From positions 1 through 26,556 of the forward strand of contig JBDRLP010000012.1 in the NCBI GenBank assembly GCA_043812975.1: a DNA stretch of 26,556 nt, in the 5' to 3' direction. The number at the start of each line of letters is the position of its first letter. Positions within the stretch are counted from its first letter, which is position 1. The stretch comes from Candidatus Iainarchaeum sp. (lineage in GTDB: Archaea; Iainarchaeota; Iainarchaeia; Iainarchaeales; Iainarchaeaceae). The notes beneath the pieces were generated by a model that had not been told where the DNA came from, searched no databases, and saw only the letters and a list, made by a program, of their open reading frames with translations. Positions 19,371 through 26,556 of this stretch are shown here, piece after piece. A program made the translations under genes and the position numbers.

Positions 19371-21035
19371 CTATTTTTGGGTTTCTTTTTTCATTTTGAG
19401 TTTTACTATAACTTCATCAAGTTCTGCCTGATACTCGAGGCTTCGTGTTTTGAATTCTTCCTCAGTTAAGTGTCTCTTATAGTACTCATACTCAATTCTT
19501 TTCAGAAGATTTTTGAGTCTTTTTGCCTTATCTTGCAATTCAGTAGTTGTTTCTTCTTTCTTTTTCTTCAGAGCAATAAAGTAAATCGGTGCAATGAGAA
19601 TAACCACTAGGATGATTATTATTCCAATTAATTCTATCGGAAAACCTTGGTCTGTTTGCCCTCCAAAGTTTCCAAAGTCCCCTGGTTCTTCTAAATAAAC
19701 ATCAAAAATTTCTCTGTCAGTTTCAAACTCAGAAAGACTGATTTCAAGTACTTGTTCTTCCTGTTCAAACAATTGGGTTAAATCATATTCTGCTTCAAAA
19801 ACTTCCTCTTTCGGATTCCAAATGAATGTTACTTCTTTTCCGTTCACTGTTCCGGCAATCTCTTGTGATTCTATTTGCTGGTCGGAATCCCTTACTGTTA
19901 AAAACTTGGCTTTAATCTTATCAAGTTCCTGTGAAAAACCTCTACCCTCTAAATCCGGGTTCACTAGTTCAATAAAAATCAGGTATCCAATTTCTATTTG
20001 CATTGTTTTAAAAGAAACAATTTTTTTCCCTTCAAAATCAGCTTCTGCAATTATTGTCAGCATGAGTTTTGATTTTTCATCAGAGGAAGGCAGAGTTATT
20101 TTGCACAAAAAATCAATTTTTTCCTTTTCCTGCAATAATTTTTTACATTCAATTTCTTCATCTTCAATGTCCTTATTGTGATTTAACAAGTAAACTCTCT
20201 CATTTTTCAATTCTGGGGAACCTGTAATTGCAATATTAAATTTGAAATTACTTCCACCGAGAGCTTGAATGTACTCGTCAAAATCTTTTACCCTTATTTT
20301 TAAATCAGGGTGTTCATTTTTAATACGTAAAAACTCGTTCAATCTTAAATTGCCGTAATTATTGTACTTGTCTTCCAGCCGGTCTATTTCTATCTCATAA
20401 ACAATGTCTTGGTTTTCTTCCATTCCTGATTCCAGTGTAAGTTCAAAATCCAAGTCAGCTATTAGTGAATCACTTTCAGGGTCATCCTTAAACTCTAGTT
20501 TTGGGCGTTCTCCTCCAATAGAAAACTCAACTTCTTCAAGATCATCAGCAGTTAACCTTGTGCCGTCTGGGTAAAACGCATTTAGTTTCACTTTCTCAAT
20601 TTTTGAGTTTAAGTAATAAGGCACGCTTGGAATAAGTTCAAAATCAAAAGTGATTTCCGCTTGTTCGATTTGAATTCTGGGGCTTTTTCTTAGGTCCATT
20701 AATTCTCCTGAGTCCGTGGAGATATCAGCTACTATTTCAAACCCGCCTCCCATTCCGCCTGTTTTGTAATCAATAAATACACTTCCTTCATAATTCCCGT
20801 TTTCATTTTTCGTGAGTTCAATCTGTTCCAAATCAAGGCCGTGAAATTCCACATAAACGCGTTCAATTGTGTTACTGCTTGCAGTATTGATTTTTACTTC
20901 GAATTCAAGTTCATTGTTTTTTTCAATGCGGGTTTCGCTTGGCTTTATTATTTCGATGTTGCTGTCTTCGGTTTGGCTGACTACAAAGCTTCCAAAAAAT
21001 AGAATTAAAGCCAGAATAAGAATGGTTTTTTTCAT
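19371..21035 (-). CDS. Hypothetical acidic secreted/surface protein with a C-terminal TM anchor and helical cytoplasmic tail
   Basis: 554 aa. Signal peptide MKKTILILALILFF, beta-rich acidic body, TM LIGIIIILVVILIAPIYFIAL followed by KKKK, tail EYEYYKRHLTEEEF. Confidence 0.85.
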   Translation of the reverse strand: MKKTILILALILFFGSFVVSQTEDSNIEIIKPSETRIEKNNELEFEVKINTASSNTIERVYVEFHGLDLEQIELTKNENGNYEGSVFIDYKTGGMGGGFEIVADISTDSGELMDLRKSPRIQIEQAEITFDFELIPSVPYYLNSKIEKVKLNAFYPDGTRLTADDLEEVEFSIGGERPKLEFKDDPESDSLIADLDFELTLESGMEENQDIVYEIEIDRLEDKYNNYGNLRLNEFLRIKNEHPDLKIRVKDFDEYIQALGGSNFKFNIAITGSPELKNERVYLLNHNKDIEDEEIECKKLLQEKEKIDFLCKITLPSSDEKSKLMLTIIAEADFEGKKIVSFKTMQIEIGYLIFIELVNPDLEGRGFSQELDKIKAKFLTVRDSDQQIESQEIAGTVNGKEVTFIWNPKEEVFEAEYDLTQLFEQEEQVLEISLSEFETDREIFDVYLEEPGDFGNFGGQTDQGFPIELIGIIIILVVILIAPIYFIALKKKKEETTTELQDKAKRLKNLLKRIEYEYYKRHLTEEEFKTRSLEYQAELDEVIVKLKMKKETQK

Positions 21036-21253
21036 TTCAAATAAATAAACAAAAAGTACTATTTATACTTGCTTAATTGAGGTTATTTCATAAAACAGCT
21101 TTATTTCTAAAATATTACAATTGTAAAGTTTTCGATCATTTTTCGTTGATGTTCGTAAATTGAATATTGTTATATACTTACTACTCGCCAATAGTAATTA
21201 GGTTTGAATTACTAATCAGATAGGTCCTCTAGGATGGAAAAGCGAGGAGAGAA

Positions 21254-21412
21254 ATAACGATATATGTTTGTCCGGTTTGCGATAGAAAGTTCGGAGTCCA
21301 TCAGGAATTAAATCCGCGTAATGATGCTGAAAAGCACATTGTGAGAGAACATTATGGAAGTGGTGTCAGGCCAGTTCCTGAAGATAATGCAAGAAAAATA
21401 GATTATCATTAA
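21254..21412 (+). CDS. Small C2H2 zinc-finger protein (52 aa) with a non-canonical ATA start, or a start-damaged pseudogene
   Basis: Frame reads (I/M)TIYVCPVCDRKFGVHQELNPRNDAEKHIVREHYGSGVRPVPEDNARKIDYH*. SD-like GAGGAG at 21244-21249. Below the ORF-track cutoff. Confidence 0.65.
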   Translation: MTIYVCPVCDRKFGVHQELNPRNDAEKHIVREHYGSGVRPVPEDNARKIDYH

Positions 21413-21819
21413 AGGTGTTCTTTAATCTGGTTTTCCCAGTGCGCAAGTTCATTTTCTTCACTTTGCTTTGAACCAAGAGTAAGCTTCAGGCCATCGCCCT
21501 TAAAGCGCGGAACAATATGGAAATGTAAATGAGGTACTACTTGTCCAGCAGCTTCTTTATTATTTTGTAAAACATTAAAACCATCTGCCTGAGTTGCTTT
21601 CATTACAGCAGCACCAATTTTCTGAACAATTTGTATAACTTCTTTCAGTTCCATTTCAGGAATGTCAAGTAAAGTAGCATAGTGTTTTTTTGGAATTATT
21701 AAAGAGTGTCCTTTTGCTGCAGGAAAAACATCTAAAAAAGCGATTGTGTTTTGATCTTCGTAAATTTTTTTTGCAGGAATTTCTCCTTCGCCGATTTTAC
21801 AAAAAATACATTCAGTCAT
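21409..21819 (-). CDS. hit: HIT family (histidine triad) nucleotide hydrolase
   Basis: CIFCKI, GHSLIIPKKH, AGQVVPHLHFHIVPR. Confidence 0.96.
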   Translation of the reverse strand: MTECIFCKIGEGEIPAKKIYEDQNTIAFLDVFPAAKGHSLIIPKKHYATLLDIPEMELKEVIQIVQKIGAAVMKATQADGFNVLQNNKEAAGQVVPHLHFHIVPRFKGDGLKLTLGSKQSEENELAHWENQIKEHL

Positions 21820-21851
21820 TTTTATCTAAAAAAATTAGTATAAAAGTGATT

Positions 21852-22436
21852 TTAACCCTTTTGGATGTCTACCACTTTAATCCAGAATTGCAGTGTTTTT
21901 CCTGCTAATGCGTGTTCAAACATTACTTTTGCAACACCATCAGTTATTGCTGTTACTTTTCCCTGTTGGCCATTACTTGTAAAAACAAGAGTTCCTACAG
22001 TAACTGCTTCTTCTCCTGATTGTATTTGTTCAACAGGAACCTCAACTTTCTGGCCTTCTCCTGCTTTTCCGTAAGCATCTTCAGGAGGAATCTGGACTGT
22101 TTTTTCTTCATTAAGTTGCATTCCAACTACTGCAGTATCAAATCCTTTAATCATCATACCTGCACCAACAGCAAATTCAAGCGGTCCTCTTCCTTCGCTT
22201 TTATCAAATTCTTTTCCAGTATCCGGGAAAGTCCCTATATATTCAACCTTTATTGTGTCTCCGTTTTCTACTTTCATCATATCAGCTCCTTGTTCCATTG
22301 AATCAGCATTATTTTCCATCACATCATTATCCGCATCATCATCCATTGCTGAAAAATTATCCTCATTATTAGTTGTTTCTTGGGTGCAACCCGCAATCAA
22401 AACCATCAATCCTAAAAGAAATATTAGTGTTTTCAT
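21852..22436 (-). CDS. FKBP-type peptidyl-prolyl isomerase (SlyD-like) with a lipoprotein-type signal
   Basis: Start MKTLIFLLGLMVLIAGC; FKBP motifs VEYIG, FDKS, PLEFAVGAGMMIKGFD, IPPEDAYG, HALAGKTL. Confidence 0.92.
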   Translation of the reverse strand: MKTLIFLLGLMVLIAGCTQETTNNEDNFSAMDDDADNDVMENNADSMEQGADMMKVENGDTIKVEYIGTFPDTGKEFDKSEGRGPLEFAVGAGMMIKGFDTAVVGMQLNEEKTVQIPPEDAYGKAGEGQKVEVPVEQIQSGEEAVTVGTLVFTSNGQQGKVTAITDGVAKVMFEHALAGKTLQFWIKVVDIQKG

Positions 22437-22504
22437 CCAAATCAATCCAAATTCGGTTGCAAAACAATTATAATCTTGATTGTTTTGATACACCCGCGGG
22501 CTTG

Positions 22505-22521
22505 CGGATACGCGGAGAGAG
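22505..22521. repeat. Direct repeat copy 1, CGGATACGCGGAGAGAG (tRNA 3'-end-like att remnant)
   Basis: Identical to 23272-23288 over 17 nt; shares 13 nt with 23140-23152. Confidence 0.8.
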
Positions 22522-22625
22522 TGTCCGTGAAGCAGTGTTCAAAGCCCTGCACTGTTAACCCTTTGCAAATCGTAACCTTAATTATATTCGCAACGGTTTT
22601 TAACTATATTTTCTGAAAAGTTAAT

Positions 22626-22952
22626 ATGGAGTATAAGATTTTTCTTACCCCTGTGTTTAAATCAAAATTGGAAGAAACTGAGAAAGATTTTAAAGATTGG
22701 TTTGAGGGGATTCTTGATCAATTGGCTGGGAATCCCTTTGTGGGAAAACCATTGTCAGCAAAGTGGTTCAGGGAGAAGAAATACAAAAAGCAAAGACTTT
22801 ATTATTTGGTCTATGAGAAATTGAAAGCTGTTTATATTGTGAATCTGAGTGAAAAGAAAGACCAGCAGGCAATTATAAATTCTATAAAATTGCTGTTGGA
22901 TTTATATAAAGAGGAAATAGAGAATATTGCAAAAGAACTTAGCGAACCCTAG
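22626..22952 (+). CDS. RelE/ParE-family toxin-like protein
   Basis: 108 aa. YKIFLTPVFKSKL...LDQLAGNPFVGKPL...FREKK...RLYYLV fits the RelE pattern. Confidence 0.8.
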   Translation: MEYKIFLTPVFKSKLEETEKDFKDWFEGILDQLAGNPFVGKPLSAKWFREKKYKKQRLYYLVYEKLKAVYIVNLSEKKDQQAIINSIKLLLDLYKEEIENIAKELSEP

Positions 22953-23076
22953 TAACATTGCCGGATTTAATGTCTTTTAAGCTTTGAACCAATTCTTTCA
23001 GGAATTCTTTATCTATTTTTGCCTGACTTTTCAATTCAGTATACTCTTCTTTTGAAATTGTTACCGTATCACTCAT
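22939..23076 (-). CDS. Small antitoxin-like protein (45 aa)
   Basis: MSDTVTISKEEYTELK...ELVQSLKDIKSGNV resembles short archaeal RelE-partner antitoxins. ATG at 23076 is preferred over the longer ORF call. Confidence 0.7.
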   Translation of the reverse strand: MSDTVTISKEEYTELKSQAKIDKEFLKELVQSLKDIKSGNVTRVR

Positions 23077-23139
23077 ACTAATATACTTACAAAAGAAGAA
23101 TAAAAAACAATCGGTTGACTGCGTAATATCAAATAGTAG

Positions 23140-23156
23140 TACGCGGAGAGAGGGAT
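23140..23156. repeat. Direct repeat copy 2, the longest tRNA-like match (TACGCGGAGAGAGGGAT)
   Basis: Reverse complement ATCCCTC-TCTCCGC-G matches a T-stem 3' strand, acceptor 3' strand and G73 discriminator, as in tRNA-Ser. Confidence 0.7.
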
Positions 23157-23271
23157 CCAAAATCAGAAAAACCAAGGTTTTTCCGATACCTTTTCCTTTC
23201 CTAAAGTTTTACTAAATTTATAACCTATCCTGCTGGATAGGTTGGACGTTTGCGGCACATCCGGTCGCAAA

Positions 23272-23288
23272 CGGATACGCGGAGAGAG
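23272..23288. repeat. Direct repeat copy 3, CGGATACGCGGAGAGAG
   Basis: Identical to 22505-22521; preceded by hairpins at 23222-23243 and 23247-23273. Confidence 0.8.
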
Positions 23289-23387
23289 AAGGTATATATA
23301 ATCAGTGCAAATCTCAAATTTAATAATAATTACTTTCTTCTATAAATACCTTATGTTTAAATCCTTTTGTGCACAAAAATACTAAAT

Positions 23388-23573
23388 ATGCCAAAAATTT
23401 CAATGCAAAGTACAGTAAAAATTCACAATATGAAATACTATTACACAAGCATACCAAAAAGCATTGCTGAGGATCTTTTAGGGTTAAAGCATGATGTTGA
23501 AAAACAAAGATTGAAATGGAAAATAAACAAAGGTCAGGTGTGTGTAGAGGCAGAAAATAACGGGTGTTTATGA
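23388..23573 (+). CDS. Small AbrB/MazE/SpoVT-like DNA-binding protein
   Basis: 61 aa from ATG 23388. YYTSIPKSIAEDLLGL...LKWKI fits the swapped-hairpin pattern. Confidence 0.6.
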   Translation: MPKISMQSTVKIHNMKYYYTSIPKSIAEDLLGLKHDVEKQRLKWKINKGQVCVEAENNGCL

Positions 23574-23607
23574 AAAGGTACAAGCACTAAAGTTAGGTGG
23601 GGTTATA

Positions 23608-25455
23608 GTGGTACAACTGAAGAAATTCCGAGTCAAAAATTATAAATCTATTTCAGATTCTGGTGATTGTTATTTACAGGATGACATTACAGTTTTAGCT
23701 GGGAAGAATGAAGCAGGAAAAACTTCTATTTTAGAGGCACTAACAGATTTTGATATCGACAAAAGTATTAGTGAAGAAGCCATAACCATCAAAAACGAAA
23801 AAGATAAACCTGAAATATATTTAACTTTTTTAGTCTATCGAGAAGACTTTAAAGAAATTTTTGAGGTAATAGATTTTCCTTCTGTCAATATTAAAGATTG
23901 TGAAATTGAAATAGTAAAAAAATACCCAAATTCCTACTCCATTGCTGAAGACTCTTTGAAAGCACTTCCGTTTGATTTCAAAAGCAAACTAAAACAGATA
24001 GAAAAATCAATCAATAAAAATATTGAATTATTAAGAATCCTGTTGAATAAATATCCGAACATAGGTGTAGGTCCTCCGGATGAAACAATTTCAGAAAACA
24101 AGGATTTTGCAATTCAGTTTAAAGTATTTTCTGATGCCGCTCAAGCAAATTTACCTCAAATTTCAGATGAAAGTAAAAGAAATGAATTCTCTGAATTACT
24201 TGAATTCGTAAAGAAAGACCTTGAGGAACATAAAAATACGAATTTGATAGAAGGGGGATTTTTGGAAGAATTAAAGAAGTATATTCCAAATTTTATTCTT
24301 TTTAGCACTTATGAAGATAAAATACCTAACAAAATTGCACTATCAGAAATTGAGAAAAATGAGTTCATAACAGATTTGGCAAAGATTAGTGACCTAAATT
24401 TAGACTTAATAAAAAAACAAGAAGATGTTTTTGATGGAAGGAAATTGGAGCATAAAAAACAGGTAAATATCAACACATCAAAAGAATATGAAAAATTCTG
24501 GAAGCAAGATGAATCTAAGTTATTCGTTGACTGGGACAATACAAACTTATCTTTTTGGATAGAGGAAGAAGGGCATTATTACAAGCCTACGCAAAGGAGC
24601 AAAGGAAGGCAATGGCATTTGGCATTTTATGTAAGAGTTACTGCAAGAAGCAAGGATGATGTCGTTAACGTCTTGTTGATAGATGAACCCGGATTGTATT
24701 TACATGCTAAGGCACAGAAAGACATTCTCAATAAGCTTGACGAAATATCTAAAGATATGCAGGTAATTTTCTCAACACACTCACCTTATCTGATAGATTC
24801 TAATAAACTAAACAGGGTTAGACTTGTTTTGAAGATAAAAGATGAAACAAAAGTAAAAAAGATACATGCGGGGGCGGACAAGGAAACATTAACTCCGATT
24901 CTTACGGCTATTGGAGAGGATGCTTCACTGGGTATCAGAGTAGATAAAAAAAATAGTGTTATTGTGGAAGGAATGTCAGATTACTATTATTTGCACTCCT
25001 TTATGAATTTGCTTAATTATGACGGCGATATAAACATCATTCCAGGAAATGGAAGTAATATCCCATCAATAGGGGCTATCCTTTTTGGCTGGGGTTTAGA
25101 CCCTATCTTTGTTCTTGATAGCGATAACAAATCAATTGCAAAGAAAATAATGAGCCAGTTGGGTGTTCAAGAAAACCAAATAATTTTCATAAGCCAAGAA
25201 AGAGTGGCAATTGAAGATATTTTTTCGAAAAATGATTTTAAAAAATTTGTATTAGACGAAGAAGTGAGTTATACTACAAGCAATTCAGAGTACATTAAAA
25301 AGGCTAAAAAAGACAAAGTTCTGTTGAGTAAATTGTTTTTAGATTCAATTGACCAAGGTAAAATAAAATTAAATGTGCTTGATAAAGAAACAAAAGATAA
25401 TTTTGAAGAATTACTCAAAAACATAAAATCTACAATAAAATCAATGCAAAGTTGA
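23608..25455 (+). CDS. OLD-family ATP-dependent nuclease (ABC ATPase + TOPRIM)
   Basis: Walker A GKNEAGKT, signature SKGRQW, Walker B LLIDEP, H-loop STHSP, TOPRIM IVEGMSD and LDSD. GTG start with SD AGGTGGGG. Confidence 0.92.
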   Translation: MVQLKKFRVKNYKSISDSGDCYLQDDITVLAGKNEAGKTSILEALTDFDIDKSISEEAITIKNEKDKPEIYLTFLVYREDFKEIFEVIDFPSVNIKDCEIEIVKKYPNSYSIAEDSLKALPFDFKSKLKQIEKSINKNIELLRILLNKYPNIGVGPPDETISENKDFAIQFKVFSDAAQANLPQISDESKRNEFSELLEFVKKDLEEHKNTNLIEGGFLEELKKYIPNFILFSTYEDKIPNKIALSEIEKNEFITDLAKISDLNLDLIKKQEDVFDGRKLEHKKQVNINTSKEYEKFWKQDESKLFVDWDNTNLSFWIEEEGHYYKPTQRSKGRQWHLAFYVRVTARSKDDVVNVLLIDEPGLYLHAKAQKDILNKLDEISKDMQVIFSTHSPYLIDSNKLNRVRLVLKIKDETKVKKIHAGADKETLTPILTAIGEDASLGIRVDKKNSVIVEGMSDYYYLHSFMNLLNYDGDINIIPGNGSNIPSIGAILFGWGLDPIFVLDSDNKSIAKKIMSQLGVQENQIIFISQERVAIEDIFSKNDFKKFVLDEEVSYTTSNSEYIKKAKKDKVLLSKLFLDSIDQGKIKLNVLDKETKDNFEELLKNIKSTIKSMQS

Positions 25456-25479
25456 ATAGCGAACAATTGGAGAATTTAT

Positions 25480-26556
25480 ATGTCAAAGGATAGTTTTGAC
25501 GGAGAAAAAGAACTCAATTCAGAAATTTCCGAAATCAAACGCCTAAACAAGGATTTATCTGACTCTTGGGATGCTTATGAAAAAGAGCAAATTAAATTCG
25601 GAGAACGTGTAGCCACGACGTTTAATACAAATACCGAGTTAATAAAATTTTATTATTTAGGGTCAAAAAAAGAACTAAAAAACAGGAAAGATTTTTACCA
25701 ACAAAAAATAGCAGAATCACTTCAAATTAGTTTTGACTTACTTGATGGATTAAAACAGGAAAATTTTGAAGAGCTTAAAAAATTGTCGATAAGTGGAATA
25801 ATTTTCTTTTTTTTAGGTGTAATAGCACTAGCGATTTTAATTTTGACAAATACGTGGACTATTGACCCTTTAGCGATAATAGCTTCAATTTATATTGCTG
25901 CGGTCGTTCCGGTAAGCGTATTATTTTTCATGTATATAATTTGGTTCTTTTACAAAAAGATTGATGAAGGAGTAAAAAAGATAAATTCAGCATATAATGA
26001 CAACATATCAAAAGTAAATTATAAAACTGATTTTAATATGTTAGAAAATATTAATGTTGCAGAACCTATAATAAAAAACGAAGAAATTTTTTCCGGAATA
26101 AAAAGCACTTTGCAAGAAAATTTTAATTTATTATCTCATTTTAGTCCTAAATTAACTGCATTTAAAAATGCCGTTAAACAAACAAATGAACATAAAATAA
26201 TAATCACTCAAATCAAATCTACAATAAAGTATTATTCTTTGCCAATAACTGATGATTTAATAGACTACTATCTTAATTACCATACTGACCCAGGAAAACC
26301 CACTACATTTATAGAACAAGGCGATTTCAAAAAAATCTGTGATTATATAAATAATGAAAATGACTGCTTAATCACTACGACTATATTTAGTTTGATGTAC
26401 AATGAATATATCGGAAGGTCAACAAAACAAATTTGGATAAAAGTTAAAGAAAATAGTTCTGACCTCTTAGAGTTGTCCCGAATATTAATTGATGCAGAAA
26501 AAACGAGTAAAAACAAAGATAACAAAATTTTCTATGGGAAAGAGGAATTAGCCACC
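25480..26556 (+). CDS. Hypothetical two-TM protein, 3'-truncated by the window edge (at least 359 aa)
   Basis: ATG at 25480 with upstream GGAG; open to the window end (MSKDSFDGEKELNSEISEIK...). Hydrophobic segments GIIFFFLGVIALAILIL and LAIIASIYIAAVVPVSVLFFMYIIWFF. Absent from the ORF track because it has no stop in the window. Confidence 0.85.
   Translation, partial: MSKDSFDGEKELNSEISEIKRLNKDLSDSWDAYEKEQIKFGERVATTFNTNTELIKFYYLGSKKELKNRKDFYQQKIAESLQISFDLLDGLKQENFEELKKLSISGIIFFFLGVIALAILILTNTWTIDPLAIIASIYIAAVVPVSVLFFMYIIWFFYKKIDEGVKKINSAYNDNISKVNYKTDFNMLENINVAEPIIKNEEIFSGIKSTLQENFNLLSHFSPKLTAFKNAVKQTNEHKIIITQIKSTIKYYSLPITDDLIDYYLNYHTDPGKPTTFIEQGDFKKICDYINNENDCLITTTIFSLMYNEYIGRSTKQIWIKVKENSSDLLELSRILIDAEKTSKNKDNKIFYGKEELAT

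Larger units (their letters stand above)
22505..26556. mobile_element. Probable genomic/defence island extending beyond the window
   Basis: Begins at a tRNA-3'-like repeat. Gene content switches from housekeeping to toxin-antitoxin, AbrB-like, OLD nuclease and orphan genes. No integrase is visible in the window. Confidence 0.55.

Noticed and set aside
22437..22493. N-terminal extension of the FKBP ORF as given in the ORF track
   Set aside because: It starts at a non-ATG codon next to the repeat and hairpin region; the ATG at 22436 gives a clean signal peptide.
4740..22558. Numerous 60-120 aa ORFs antisense to or out of frame within the long genes (for example 4740-5018, 9545-9751, 11099-11467, 14627-14950, 19822-20181)
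   Set aside because: They lie on top of well-supported genes and show the F/S/L/I-rich composition expected from antisense reading of AT-rich coding DNA.
22553..22603. Imperfect inverted repeat upstream of the RelE-like gene as an integron attC site
   Set aside because: It has AAC...GTT ends but does not fit the RYYYAAC/GTTRRRY boxes, it is single-copy, and no IntI is visible. It may be an operator.
23077..23175. Longer 78-aa version of the antitoxin-like ORF
   Set aside because: The extension runs through the promoter region and the tRNA-like repeat; the ATG at 23076 matches the expected small-protein start.
23140..23290. Complete, split or permuted tRNA-Ser gene
   Set aside because: Only the last ~16 nt of a tRNA can be recognised; no D arm, anticodon arm or 5' acceptor strand could be folded.
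23608..25455. Calling the OLD nuclease gajA (Gabija)
   Set aside because: No adjacent UvrD-like GajB gene is visible in the window.

Overview
Low-GC archaeal chromosome segment. It is most consistent with a DPANN lineage such as Diapherotrites/Iainarchaeota, which is an inference from the divergent rRNA, minimal RNase P RNA and gene content. In order it holds the 3' two-thirds of 16S rRNA, tRNA-Ala(UGC), 23S rRNA flanked by a bulge-helix-bulge processing stem (no adjacent 5S), a polybasic RelA/SpoT synthetase-domain protein, rnpB, alaS, a bacterial-type leuS, a long RelA/SpoT homolog with an intact HD hydrolase but an eroded synthetase, argS, an intron-containing tRNA-Arg(UCU), an SPFH protein, orphan genes, an APC permease, tRNA-Leu(GAG), an unannotated C2H2 zinc-finger micro-ORF, HIT and an FKBP. 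From about 22.5 kb a probable tRNA-anchored island carries a convergent RelE/antitoxin pair, an AbrB-like gene, an OLD-family nuclease and a 2-TM protein. Four signals stand out: (1) a family of covarying intrastrand triplex-forming repeats with an invariant 8-nt linker at or inside stable-RNA genes; (2) tiny CC...GG hairpin cassettes inserted at a specific site in those repeats; (3) a split archaeal alarmone system; (4) substitutions at near-universal decoding-centre and peptidyl-transferase-centre nucleotides. All calls come from reading the sequence by eye; no database searches were run.
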